Origin: Candidatus Giovannonibacteria bacterium
GTDB taxonomy: Bacteria > Patescibacteriota > Minisyncoccia > UBA11713 > 2-01-FULL-45-33
Assembly (NCBI GenBank): GCA_016432405.1
Contig: CP066687.1
Coordinates: forward strand, 150,281 to 214,280
Length of the DNA stretch: 64,000 nucleotides
Direction of reading: 5' to 3'
Below the pieces are notes generated by a model that had not been told where the DNA came from, ran no database searches, and saw nothing but the letters and a program-made list of their open reading frames with translations. The position numbers and the translations under genes are program-made. This document shows positions 25,650-37,209 of this stretch, piece after piece. The first letter of the stretch is position 1. Each line of letters begins with the position of its first letter.

Positions 25650-25683
25650 TTAACAAACTTGACCGATCGGTAAGGTTTGTTAA
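25650..25683. repeat. 34-nt inverted-repeat element, copy 2 (TTAACAAACTTGACCGATCGGTAAGGTTTGTTAA)
   Basis: Starts 3 nt after PaaX-like stop codon. Confidence 0.55.
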
Positions 25684-25782
25684 GTCGTGACACAAATAAA
25701 AAAGCGCAGGGTTATTCAACCAATGCGCTATCGCAAAACTCGAGACGTCGGCTTATGCTCGGGTATGCGTATGGCACTCTCT

Positions 25783-26040
25783 TTATTTAAAGAAAGATAA
25801 AATAATGCCCATAATCATAATCACCAATGATGTCAGTATCCATTTGTTGTTAATTTTCACCGCCAACCTTACATTGGGATCCCGCATGTTAAATCCTTTT
25901 ATTTCGTCATGATGAGGTGGGCGGAAAAGACTGAAAATAAGTATCCCGGCTAATCCCGCAAGGGCTAAAATAAGTCCAAAGTAGTGCATAAATCCTCCTT
26001 TTCTGCCAACAATCTTAGCAAAATTGTATTCCTTTGTCAA
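25783..26040 (-). CDS. Small membrane protein (hypothetical)
   Basis: Two hydrophobic helices; 85-aa ORF. Confidence 0.3.
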   Translation of the reverse strand: MTKEYNFAKIVGRKGGFMHYFGLILALAGLAGILIFSLFRPPHHDEIKGFNMRDPNVRLAVKINNKWILTSLVIMIMGIILSFFK

Positions 26041-28046
26041 TACATGCTAATATTCAACAACTGAAAGATAAGCTAGATAAATTGTTAATAGCAGCGGTTG
26101 CCCCCTCTCTTTTGGAAAAGGGGGTGGGTTGGTTTTCGGAAAATTTTTCTAAAATTGAAAAGTTCAGGCGCGAAAATCCGTTTTGGCGGAGGAATGTTTT
26201 GATTTTTGAAACAGGACAAAATATAAAACTTTCCGAATTTTTAAGAAGCGTCGCCGAGCTGGGGTACACGAAAGTTTGGGAAACAGAGCGCCGCGGAGAA
26301 TTTTCCCAGCGGGGAGGAGTTGTCCATATTTTTCCGATAAACTCGGAAAATATTTTCGCGGTTGAGTTTGGTGGGAATTTTTTGGCAGAAATTTGGCAAA
26401 GCGAGCCATTTTCGGAGCGCGAGGGCGTCGGAGCCCCCCGAGTCCGCGAGGGAGGGTTAAGACCGAGCGAAACGGAAATGGCGAGCCTTTTTCACCAAGG
26501 CGACTATATCGTGCATATTGACCACGGCATCGGTGTATACCGCGGACTTACGCAGACCACAACGCAGAATGACGCGGATATTGTGATAGAATACGCTCCG
26601 CCGCGGGACCGCCCAAACTCGCCCGACTTGCTTTTTGTGCCAAAAAAAGAAGCCAAAAGAATCCAGCCGTATCTCGGCTTTAAAAAGCCGGAGATTCACC
26701 GCTTGGGGACTCCCTTGTGGGCGCTTACAAAAAAGAAGGCAAAAGAAGACATCATCGCTTACGCCAAAGAACTTCTTAAGATTTTTGCTGAACGAAAAAT
26801 GGCGGCGCGGAAACCCTACGAGGCAAATAAAGAATTGGAAGACGAGCTCATCGCGGATTTTCCATACGAACATACCTCCGGCCAAAAAGGGGCGCTGGAA
26901 GAAATTTTTTCCAATATGACGCACCAGGGGCCGATGGACAGGGTGCTGACTGGAGACGTCGGCTTCGGGAAAACGGAAATCGCGCTCACGGCGGCTTTCC
27001 GCGCGGTCTTGAACGGCCGGCAGGTTGCGATTATGGCGCCGACCACTATTTTGGCTGACCAGCATTCGGAAGTTTTTAAAAAACGTCTGGAAAAATATGG
27101 GGTTGAAACCGCGCGGCTTACCCGGCTTGAAAGTCCGGCGGAAATCAGGAAAATTTTGGAAGGAATCAAATCAGGCAGAATAGACATTGTGATTGGGACT
27201 CATAAAATTTTGTCGGCCTCGGGCTGGAAAAATCTGGGGCTTTTGGTGATAGACGAGGAGCAAAAATTCGGCGTGGCCCAAAAAGAAAAGTTCAAAAAAC
27301 AAAATCCGGCGCTGGACATCCTGACTCTCTCGGCGACTCCTATCCCGAGAACTTTGCACATCGCGCTTTCCGGAATTAAGCAAATTTCGTCAATTGAAAC
27401 GCCGCCGGAAGGGCGGATGGAGATAAAAACTTACGTTTTGCCGAAAAACAAGAAAATAATGAAAGAGGCGATTAATTTTGAGCTTGCCAGAGGAGGCCAG
27501 ATTTATTTTCTTGCCAACCGCATCCACAAAATTCCGGCGCTTTTGGAAGAGATTAAATATTTGAAAACCAGTGCCAAAATCAGCGTGCTTCACGGAAGGA
27601 TGCCGGAGGCAAGAATTATAAAAACCATGCGCGATTTTCGCGCCGGGAAAATAGATATTTTGGTTTCCACCACGATTATTGAAAACGGGCTGGACCTTTC
27701 CAACGTAAATACTTTGATTGTTGAAGATTCCACGAAGCTCGGCCTTTCGCAGGCGCATCAGCTCCGCGGCCGCATAGGCCGCGGAGAAAAAGAAGCGTTC
27801 GCGTATTTTCTTTTCACGGCGCAAAAATTAAAAGAAAAAGCCGCGGAGCGGCTTGAGGCATTGGAAAGATATTCCTGGCTCGGCGCCGGTTTGGAGATTG
27901 CTAAAAGGGACTTGGAAATCAGGGGAGCTGGAAATATTTTGGGCCGTGCGCAGTCCGGCGTCGCCTTCCGCGTCGGATTGAATCTTTATTTTGAACTTTT
28001 GGAGGAGGCGATTTCGGAAGCCCGCGGGTTTGACAAAAAAACCTAG
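26034..28046 (+). CDS. mfd: Transcription-repair coupling factor Mfd (short form lacking UvrB-homology N-terminal domains)
   Basis: SF2 helicase motifs GDVGFGKTE, DEEQ-like, C-terminal …LEIRGAGNILGRAQSG TRCF-type motif. Confidence 0.75.
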   Translation: MSIHANIQQLKDKLDKLLIAAVAPSLLEKGVGWFSENFSKIEKFRRENPFWRRNVLIFETGQNIKLSEFLRSVAELGYTKVWETERRGEFSQRGGVVHIFPINSENIFAVEFGGNFLAEIWQSEPFSEREGVGAPRVREGGLRPSETEMASLFHQGDYIVHIDHGIGVYRGLTQTTTQNDADIVIEYAPPRDRPNSPDLLFVPKKEAKRIQPYLGFKKPEIHRLGTPLWALTKKKAKEDIIAYAKELLKIFAERKMAARKPYEANKELEDELIADFPYEHTSGQKGALEEIFSNMTHQGPMDRVLTGDVGFGKTEIALTAAFRAVLNGRQVAIMAPTTILADQHSEVFKKRLEKYGVETARLTRLESPAEIRKILEGIKSGRIDIVIGTHKILSASGWKNLGLLVIDEEQKFGVAQKEKFKKQNPALDILTLSATPIPRTLHIALSGIKQISSIETPPEGRMEIKTYVLPKNKKIMKEAINFELARGGQIYFLANRIHKIPALLEEIKYLKTSAKISVLHGRMPEARIIKTMRDFRAGKIDILVSTTIIENGLDLSNVNTLIVEDSTKLGLSQAHQLRGRIGRGEKEAFAYFLFTAQKLKEKAAERLEALERYSWLGAGLEIAKRDLEIRGAGNILGRAQSGVAFRVGLNLYFELLEEAISEARGFDKKT

Positions 28047-28103
28047 ATTTGCTAGCATAATTGAGGTTTTGACAAAAAATTTTGCAAGGGAAAGGGGAAA
28101 GAT

Positions 28104-28970
28104 ATGAAAGATATAAAAGGTATGGAAGCAGAGGGCAGCGTGGGTATTCTTTTGTGGAGCGAGTGGTTTCATTCTTTTTTCCGAGGTCTGCAACGCCAGA
28201 TCTTGGATTCTTTCAACGGCATCAGCGAGGTGGAGGAAAAGGCGTCGGCAGATTATGTCGGCGAGCTAGACAAGTTTATTGAAAGGCGTCTTTTTGAGTT
28301 TTTGCCAAGGGTGTACGACTATCCCGTTTTAAGCGAGGAAACGCCGAGCCCGTGGCCCCCGGCTTTCAGTAAATTCTGGATTATTGATTCGCTGGACGGG
28401 ACACACAACTTCTTTGCCGGGCTCCCGCTTTTCGGAACCATAGTTGCTCTAATTGTAAACGGAAAAGCGGTGTTTAGCGCGATTTATCTGCCTATGGATG
28501 AGCAGAGTTTATGGCGCGGGCTTTACGTGGCGGCTAAAGGCCAGGGGGCTTTCAGAAGATTGCCTGCGGGGCTTGAGCCTATTCATGTTTCTGGGCAAAA
28601 TGATTTGAAAAAGGCATTTCTTCTATTGGAAGGTCCCAGCAAAAAGCTTTATACCTTTCATCCAGTACAAAATGCTGTTTTTGCCGCAGAACGCGTTCGC
28701 AACGGCCTTTCTTTCGCCTACTCTCTGACTCGGCTTGCCTCAGGCAGTTGCTGGACTAAAGGCGTGGACATCGTTGTTGCTGAAGGCGCGAAGCCATGGG
28801 AAGCGTTTGCGGCCGAACTTTTTGTTGAGGAGGCCGGCGGTAAAGCGACAGATTGGAACGGGAATCAGATATCAATGGGAAATTGCAATCTTCTGCGCAG
28901 TGATCTTCTGCTTTCCAACGGGCTTTTACATAGAAGTGCAATGAGCTCTCTTCATATGACGAGATTGTAA
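28104..28970 (+). CDS. Inositol monophosphatase family protein
   Basis: WIIDSLDGTHNF motif. Confidence 0.8.
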   Translation: MKDIKGMEAEGSVGILLWSEWFHSFFRGLQRQILDSFNGISEVEEKASADYVGELDKFIERRLFEFLPRVYDYPVLSEETPSPWPPAFSKFWIIDSLDGTHNFFAGLPLFGTIVALIVNGKAVFSAIYLPMDEQSLWRGLYVAAKGQGAFRRLPAGLEPIHVSGQNDLKKAFLLLEGPSKKLYTFHPVQNAVFAAERVRNGLSFAYSLTRLASGSCWTKGVDIVVAEGAKPWEAFAAELFVEEAGGKATDWNGNQISMGNCNLLRSDLLLSNGLLHRSAMSSLHMTRL

Positions 28971-28974
28971 TTAG

Positions 28975-29007
28975 CCACCCTCGCTCCGGCGAGGGCCTTT
29001 TTTATTC
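28975..29007. terminator. Intrinsic terminator between convergent genes
   Basis: CCCTCGC-TCCG-GCGAGGG then CCTTTTTTATT. Confidence 0.65.
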
Positions 29008-30201
29008 CGTTTTTTCTTTCTCTTTTTTCTCTTCTTTCGGAGCTGCGGGCACTTCGCCGTTTTTGCCTAAAAACGAGAGGGAGAGTTTTTTGTCTTCCGG
29101 CTTGTAATTTACGATTTGAAAAACGTAAGTTTCTCCGGGCGAGATCACCTCGCGCATTTTTTTCTCCGTTCCGAATTCAGATATGTGCGCAAGCCCGTAA
29201 ATTCCCGTTTCAAGCGTAACCAGCGCCCCGAATTTGTTTAAGCGCAGCACTTTTCCGGGGACGATATCGCCCTTTTTATATTTTTCCTTATGCGTTTCCC
29301 AAGGGTCGGGTTTCAGCGCTTTTACCGAAAGCGAAATTTTGTCTCCGTCCACGGAAATAATCTTGGCTTTTGTTTTTTCTCCGACTTTAAAGAGCGCGTT
29401 TGGGTCTTCAACTAGAGCCCAGTCCAGCTCCGATATGTGCGCGAGCCCTTCCAACCCATCTTCAATTTTTATAAATATGCCGAAATCAACCACGCCGGTG
29501 ACTTCGCCTTCTATTTCGTCGCCGACTTTGTATTTCTCAACCATTTTTTTGAGGATTTCCGACTCCGTGCCCTTTTCTGAAAAAATAAGCTTGTTTTCTT
29601 TCTGGTCAAAGTCCAGAACCGTGACGGCTATGGTTTCGCCGACCAGTTTTTTTAGTTCCTCAAAAATCTTTTCTTTTTCCCCGCCTTCCACTCTGGGGTA
29701 GTGCGAGGCCTTAAGCTGTGAGGCGGGCAGGAAACCTTTGATTCCTTTCCATTCCAGCACCAGTCCGCCTTTATTGGCTTCCAGCGCTTTGAGGCTCAAA
29801 GTTTCCTGCGACTCTTTTGCTTCGTTGATTTCTTTCCAGACAATTTCCGACCCCGCCTCTTTTAAAGAGAGCTCAATCAGCCCGCTTTCATTTTCCAGCT
29901 CAACCACTTTCGCCGCGACTTTATCTCCCGCTTTTAGATTTTTGATGAGCTCTCTCGCGTTTTGGTACTCCCTGCCGTAAATTATCCCCGTGCCGTAGGA
30001 GCCCAAGTCCATATATGCTTTCGCCCCTTCTTTAAACAGAAAAATCCCGTCAACCAAGTCGCCGATTTTAAGAAAAACCTTGGGCTTCGCCCGAAGCAAG
30101 CCCTCCATTATGCTGTTGTCTATTTTGGCCTCCTTTTCCATAACCAACGCCATTGATTGGATTATAGTTATTTTGCTAAAATTGTCTAGTATGGTCATCA
30201 C
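29002..30201 (-). CDS. rpsA: 30S ribosomal protein S1 (multiple S1 domains)
   Basis: Repeated S1 RNA-binding domain pattern (…GxV.G.V…FGaFV…G..GL.H.SE…); start uncertain (internal Mets at 30153/30141). Confidence 0.8.
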   Translation of the reverse strand: MMTILDNFSKITIIQSMALVMEKEAKIDNSIMEGLLRAKPKVFLKIGDLVDGIFLFKEGAKAYMDLGSYGTGIIYGREYQNARELIKNLKAGDKVAAKVVELENESGLIELSLKEAGSEIVWKEINEAKESQETLSLKALEANKGGLVLEWKGIKGFLPASQLKASHYPRVEGGEKEKIFEELKKLVGETIAVTVLDFDQKENKLIFSEKGTESEILKKMVEKYKVGDEIEGEVTGVVDFGIFIKIEDGLEGLAHISELDWALVEDPNALFKVGEKTKAKIISVDGDKISLSVKALKPDPWETHKEKYKKGDIVPGKVLRLNKFGALVTLETGIYGLAHISEFGTEKKMREVISPGETYVFQIVNYKPEDKKLSLSFLGKNGEVPAAPKEEKKEKEKTE

Positions 30202-30828
30202 TTACTACGGACTTTCGTGTTTTAAGATACAGAGCGGGGATACGGTGCTTGCGATTGACCCTTTTTCAAAAGAGTCGGGGCTTACGCCGCCGAGGTTTGG
30301 CGCGGATGCCGTTTTGGTTTCGCATGGGCATGATAATCATAATAATGTTGAGGCGCTGCAGGGCGACATTTTTAAAATCACCGGGCCCGGCGAGTATGAA
30401 TTTAAAAACATCATTGTCCGCGGAATAGAATCGTTCCACGATTCAAAAAACGGAAAGCAGAAGGGCAAAAACACTATTTATGTAATTGAATGGGAAGGGA
30501 TGAAATTGGCGCACTTGGGAGATTACGGAGAGGAAACCTTGCGGAGCGAAACGCAGGAAGCGCTGGACACGCCAGACATTATGTTTTTACCGGTTGGCGG
30601 GGGAGACACCATTGACGGCGAGGCGGCTGCGAAGCTTGTAAACGAAATTGAGCCGCGCGTCATAATTCCTATGCATTACAAAATTTCAGGGCTTAAAGCG
30701 AAGCTGGACGGCGTGGAAGTGTTTATGAAAGAGATGGGAGAGAAAACTGAGCCGGAGGAAAAGCTCACAATCAAAAAAAGCGGTTTGCCGGCGGCGGAAG
30801 AGTCAAAAATAGTTATTTTGAAGACGCC

Positions 30829-30832
<4 letters not shown>
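30191..30832 (+). CDS. MBL-fold metallo-hydrolase
   Basis: Start at ATG 30191 (MVITYYGLSCF…); VSHGHDNH metal-binding motif. Confidence 0.75.
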
Positions 30833-33041
<2,209 letters not shown>

Positions 33042-33062
33042 AACTTGCAAAGTTTTTAATTT
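33042..33062 (+). terminator. Short terminator-like palindrome after ligA
   Basis: AAACTTGCAAAGTTT then TTAATTT. Confidence 0.4.
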
Positions 33063-33199
33063 AGTGCTAGGCCTTTTTATTTTTTCTTGCACTATACACT
33101 TTTGTACGATCGTGAGGTTTTGTATAGTCTGCTTTTAGGGTAGGTAGTTGGTTTTAGCCCTTCTCTTGGGGCTTTTTTTTATGCATTTTTTCAGCTACA

Positions 33200-33505
33200 A
33201 TGGCCTTAATGATTTCCGAAGAAGAAATTGAGCATCTGAAGGATTTGGCGCGGGTTGAATTCGGCAAGACGGAAACAAAAAAACTCGCGAAAGACCTGGG
33301 AGAAATTTTGGGGTACGTTGACCGGCTTAAAAAGGCGGACGTTTCAAGCGCTCTGGAGATGACGCACGCGCTGGAGGGAGTAAAAAATGTTTTTCGCAAA
33401 GACGAAAAAGGCAAAGATGAGGGAGGTCTAGTCCTTACTAAGGATTTAATAAACGCCTTCCCAGAAAAAGAAAATAATTATCTTAAAGTCCAAGCGATTT
33501 TATGA
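33200..33505 (+). CDS. gatC: Glu-tRNA(Gln) amidotransferase subunit C
   Basis: ~100 aa, MALMISEEEIEHLKDLARVEF… typical GatC; precedes gatA with overlap. Confidence 0.85.
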   Translation: MALMISEEEIEHLKDLARVEFGKTETKKLAKDLGEILGYVDRLKKADVSSALEMTHALEGVKNVFRKDEKGKDEGGLVLTKDLINAFPEKENNYLKVQAIL

Positions 33506-34863
33506 CTATTTTAGAATTCCACAATGCCCTGAAAAATAGAAAAACTTCCGCGCGCGAGGTTGTAATTTCTTATTTGGATGAAATTAAAAAGAAAAACAGC
33601 GAACTCAATGCATATTTAGAAGTATTCGAGCAAGCCGCGATTGGGCAAGCAAAAGAAATTGACGAGCGCATCGCCTCCGGCGAAACCCCGGGAGGGCTTT
33701 GGGGAGTCCCTTTGGCGATTAAAGACAATATTTTAATCCGCGGGGAAATTGCTTCGGCGGCTTCCAAAATTTTGGGGAATTATGTTGCGTCTTACGACGC
33801 TTTTGTGATTGAAAAATTAAAAAAAGCCGGGGCAATTTTTTTGGGTAGGACAAACATGGACGAATTCGCAATGGGGTCTTCAACTGAAAATTCTGCTTAC
33901 GGCCCGACAAAAAATCCGCGCGATATCTCAAAAGTTCCGGGCGGTTCATCAGGCGGCTCCGCCGCCGCCGTTGCCGGCGGCCTTGCCATGGCTGCCTTGG
34001 GTTCCGACACAGGCGGCTCAATCCGCCAGCCCGCGGCTTTTTGCGGAGTCGTCGGGCTTAAACCGACTTACGGAGCGGTTTCCCGTTCGGGGCTTATTTC
34101 TATGGCTTCATCTTTGGACCAAATTGGGCCGATCGCGCAGACGGTGGAAGACGCGGAAATTTTATTTAACGTGATTCGCGGGAAGGATGAAATGGATTCT
34201 ACCTCGGTAATATCAAATGTCAAAAGTCAAATGTCAAAAGTCAAAACCATCGGCATTCCAAAAGAGTATTTCAGCGGCGGGCTGGCTCCGGAAATTAAAA
34301 AAAATATTGACGAAACCGTAAAAAAACTATCGCAAAAATACGAAATCCGCGAAATTACTTTGCCCCACACTGAGCACGCGCTTTCCTGCTACTATATAAT
34401 TATGCCGGCGGAGGTCTCATCAAATATGGCCCGGTTTGACGGGATGAGATACGGAAAAAGAACCGATGGGGGTAATTTGATTCAGACATACAAAAAATCG
34501 CGCGGTGAAGGGCTGGGCTTGGAAATCCGGCGCCGCGTCCTTTTGGGCACATATGTTCTTTCCGCGGGCTACTACGACGCTTACTATTCGCGCGCGCAAA
34601 GAATGCGAGCGCTGGTCGCGGAGGATTTTAAAAACGCGTTTAAGGAGATTGACGCCATCTTGGCCCCGACTGCTCCCACTCCGCCGTTTAAATTGGGCGA
34701 AAAATTAAAAGACCCGTTGGCGATGTATCTTTCGGATATTTACACGATTCCGGCGAATCTCGCCGGCGTGCCGGCGCTGACGCTCTCTTCCGGCGCCCAG
34801 CTTATCGCCCCGCATTTTGAGGAAAAAAGATTATTTGAATTAGGAAAATTTTTGGAACGATGA
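33502..34863 (+). CDS. gatA: Glu-tRNA(Gln) amidotransferase subunit A
   Basis: Amidase signature GGSSGGSAAAVAGG…GSDTGGSIRQPA. Confidence 0.9.
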   Translation: MTILEFHNALKNRKTSAREVVISYLDEIKKKNSELNAYLEVFEQAAIGQAKEIDERIASGETPGGLWGVPLAIKDNILIRGEIASAASKILGNYVASYDAFVIEKLKKAGAIFLGRTNMDEFAMGSSTENSAYGPTKNPRDISKVPGGSSGGSAAAVAGGLAMAALGSDTGGSIRQPAAFCGVVGLKPTYGAVSRSGLISMASSLDQIGPIAQTVEDAEILFNVIRGKDEMDSTSVISNVKSQMSKVKTIGIPKEYFSGGLAPEIKKNIDETVKKLSQKYEIREITLPHTEHALSCYYIIMPAEVSSNMARFDGMRYGKRTDGGNLIQTYKKSRGEGLGLEIRRRVLLGTYVLSAGYYDAYYSRAQRMRALVAEDFKNAFKEIDAILAPTAPTPPFKLGEKLKDPLAMYLSDIYTIPANLAGVPALTLSSGAQLIAPHFEEKRLFELGKFLER

Positions 34864-35396
34864 TTGATTTTATAAATTCGGTTTTTGACTTGTTCTTCAA
34901 TCTCGCGGATTTTTTGCTGCGCTATGATTATTCGCAGCCGGTTCCTTTGCTAAAAGCTCTGGCTGTTTACATTTCCATCCCGCTGGTTTGGGGCATAATT
35001 TACAGCGTCTACAAATCCAATCGGATTTTCCGCGCGATGCACGTTTTTGACGAGCCGCAAAGCGCCCCGCCGGAGAACAACGAAAATCTGGACAACTGGC
35101 AGAAAATTCTGTCCCAAGGCGGCTCGGAAAACGAGAACGACAGGAAGCAGGCCGTAATCGGCGCGGATTCTTTGATTGAGAAAATTTTGGCGATGGCGGG
35201 ATACGGCGGCGAAAATTTAGGAGAGAAGCTGAAAAATATTGAGCCGGCGGATTTGGATTCCTTGGATGCCCTTTGGGAAGCGCATAAAATCAGAAACCGC
35301 ATCGCCCACGAAGCCGGTTACTCTCTTCCAAAAGAAGACGCCTCGCGCGCGCTTTCCCTTTTTGAAAAGGTGCTGAAAGAGTTGGAATACATTTAA
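34860..35396 (+). CDS. Membrane-anchored protein with HEPN-like C-terminal helical domain (Rx4H motif)
   Basis: TM LAVYISIPLVWGIIYSVY; C-terminus …AHKIRNRIAHEAGYSL… (R-x4-H followed by Y). Confidence 0.4.
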   Translation: MIDFINSVFDLFFNLADFLLRYDYSQPVPLLKALAVYISIPLVWGIIYSVYKSNRIFRAMHVFDEPQSAPPENNENLDNWQKILSQGGSENENDRKQAVIGADSLIEKILAMAGYGGENLGEKLKNIEPADLDSLDALWEAHKIRNRIAHEAGYSLPKEDASRALSLFEKVLKELEYI

Positions 35397-35497
35397 ATTT
35401 TAAAGGTTGGCAGTTTTAACAGTTAATTTAAAACCTGTTGGGGTAAACCGCCAGCTTTGCCGGCAAAACACAAAAAACATCTAAAAAACGGAGGCTT

Positions 35498-35510
35498 TTG
35501 TTATCCACAG
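35498..35510. repeat. Left inverted repeat / perfect DnaA-box 9-mer TTATCCACA(G)
   Basis: ttgTTATCCACAGg; matches reverse complement at 37210-37222 over 10 nt. Confidence 0.5.
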
Positions 35511-35564
35511 GATATATGATGTAGCGTTGTTGCAACGCGCAGGCGGCTGTGCTAATATAAGTAT

Positions 35565-35906
35565 ATGGAAAAAAATAACGAGTTAGGGCAAATTTTAAAG
35601 GCATACCGGGAAAAGGCTTTCCCTGATCAGGGCTTACGCAGAGTTGCTGCTAAAATCGGGATAGATTATGCGCATTTATTTCGGATTGAATTGGGGCAAT
35701 ATACTCCAGCGGACGAAACTCTGCTTAAAATTTTAGACACTTATGGCATAAAAGATCTCGATGAAAGATTAAAAGTATTTAATTTGGCGCGATTATCACC
35801 AAGTCATCAGGAAGCCATAGAAAAAGTAGCGAAGCAATATGAGGGTAAGCCACAAGAATTTGTTGAAGTATTTTATCGGAAAAGCAGAAAAAATAAATCT
35901 AAATGA
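35565..35906 (+). CDS. XRE-family helix-turn-helix transcriptional regulator
   Basis: Cro/C1-type HTH (LGQILKAYREKAFPDQGLRRVAAKIGIDYAHLFRIELG). Confidence 0.7.
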   Translation: MEKNNELGQILKAYREKAFPDQGLRRVAAKIGIDYAHLFRIELGQYTPADETLLKILDTYGIKDLDERLKVFNLARLSPSHQEAIEKVAKQYEGKPQEFVEVFYRKSRKNKSK

Positions 35907-36595
35907 GTAAAGTTGTTAATAACATTTTGTATTTAAGTAATGAGATGATTGAATCGCATGCAAGCGAGGATCTATTAAAATTTCAAAAAGTAACTGGACA
36001 TCCTCTTGCGTTTCCGATATACCCAGAAGAAGTTTTAAGGAATATTTGGGGCATCCAAGTTGAATATCTGGACAGAGTTAAATCTCTGGAAGGCGAGGAA
36101 GTTCTAGCCTGTTTTATGCCGGGAACCCACTCCGTTCGTTTGAATAACTCAATGCATAGCGTGGAAGGAAGCGTTACGTTCAGCATCGCTCACGAAACCG
36201 GACACGTTTCGCTTCACAATTTTCTATCAGATCTAAAGGAAAAACCAACTTTTTGCGAAGGTTCTATTTTTGGCCGGAAAGCATTAAAAACGATTGAGAG
36301 GCAAGCGGATAGATATGCGTCAGCGCTTTTAATTCCTCAATATGTTCTGATGCCAAAACTAGAATCCATCGGTTGGTCTTTGGGGAAAAAATTAGATTTA
36401 CAACTTCACGGCAGGCCATTAAAAGAATATTTTGGGGTTTCCTTTGAGGCATTAGAGCGTCGGCTTGGATTTTTTGGAATACCTACAATAGGAGGTTTTT
36501 ATAACATTCCATCCAAAAAAATAAAGAATGTTGTTTTTGAAAAAATGGAAGAGGAAAGGGCGAGTTGGGCATTATATGACAAACGACGAGCATAA
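35903..36595 (+). CDS. ImmA/IrrE-family metallo-endopeptidase (DUF955)
   Basis: HEXXH motif IAHETGH; 4-nt overlap with upstream XRE gene. Confidence 0.75.
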   Translation: MSKVVNNILYLSNEMIESHASEDLLKFQKVTGHPLAFPIYPEEVLRNIWGIQVEYLDRVKSLEGEEVLACFMPGTHSVRLNNSMHSVEGSVTFSIAHETGHVSLHNFLSDLKEKPTFCEGSIFGRKALKTIERQADRYASALLIPQYVLMPKLESIGWSLGKKLDLQLHGRPLKEYFGVSFEALERRLGFFGIPTIGGFYNIPSKKIKNVVFEKMEEERASWALYDKRRA

Positions 36596-36609
36596 AAGCA
36601 AAAATTATT

Positions 36610-36882
36610 ATGCCAAATCCTTTAAGAAATAGGGGTTACGAAGAAATTATCAGATTTTTAGAGCATTGTGGATGTAGCCCCGGCCCTATTCACGGCGACG
36701 ATCAAATTTTTTATCATCCAAATAATAAAAATTGGGGCATTAAGGTTAATATAAATCCCACACTAAAAAGAAGCGGTTACCCAATTGGAACGCTTCTGGC
36801 TAACATACGTTCCTTAAGAGCAATATCAGGAATTGAGAAGAAGGAGTGGATTAAATGGTTTAGTGAAAAAAGAAATTTCTAA
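36610..36882 (+). CDS. HicA-like (YcfA family) toxin-like protein
   Basis: …IHGDDQIFYHPNNKNWGIKVNINPTLKRSGYPIGTLLANIRSLRAISGI matches HicA pattern. Confidence 0.5.
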   Translation: MPNPLRNRGYEEIIRFLEHCGCSPGPIHGDDQIFYHPNNKNWGIKVNINPTLKRSGYPIGTLLANIRSLRAISGIEKKEWIKWFSEKRNF

Positions 36883-37149
36883 CCATTTTGCAATGTTCGC
36901 TATAAATGGCAAAACGAAAAATAAAATTCTGTAATTCAATGCCGGTTTTTGATTAATTGCTTTTTCCGACAACTTATTCTCATTTATTGTTTTAAACGTT
37001 GCAATGATTCCGTTGTGAACATGGTTTAAAACATCATCTATTGAATTACCAACATCAACGTAACCAGTTTCGTATGTAATCCCAACATAGCCCTCTTTGC
37101 CACGATAAATGAGGATGTGAAATGTTGCTGATTTTAATGTATTTTTCAT
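36826..37149 (-). CDS. HicB/UPF0150-like antitoxin-like protein (convergent, 57-nt overlap with HicA-like gene)
   Basis: N-terminus …ATFHILIYRGKEGYVGITYETGYVDVGNSIDDVLNHVHNGII resembles HicB N-domain. Confidence 0.4.
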   Translation of the reverse strand: MKNTLKSATFHILIYRGKEGYVGITYETGYVDVGNSIDDVLNHVHNGIIATFKTINENKLSEKAINQKPALNYRILFFVLPFIANIAKWLEISFFTKPFNPLLLLNS

Positions 37150-37209
37150 GTCTATTCTATAATGTCATTATAGCAAACCGGTAACAAAAAATTGTTAGAT
37201 AAAAAGCTG

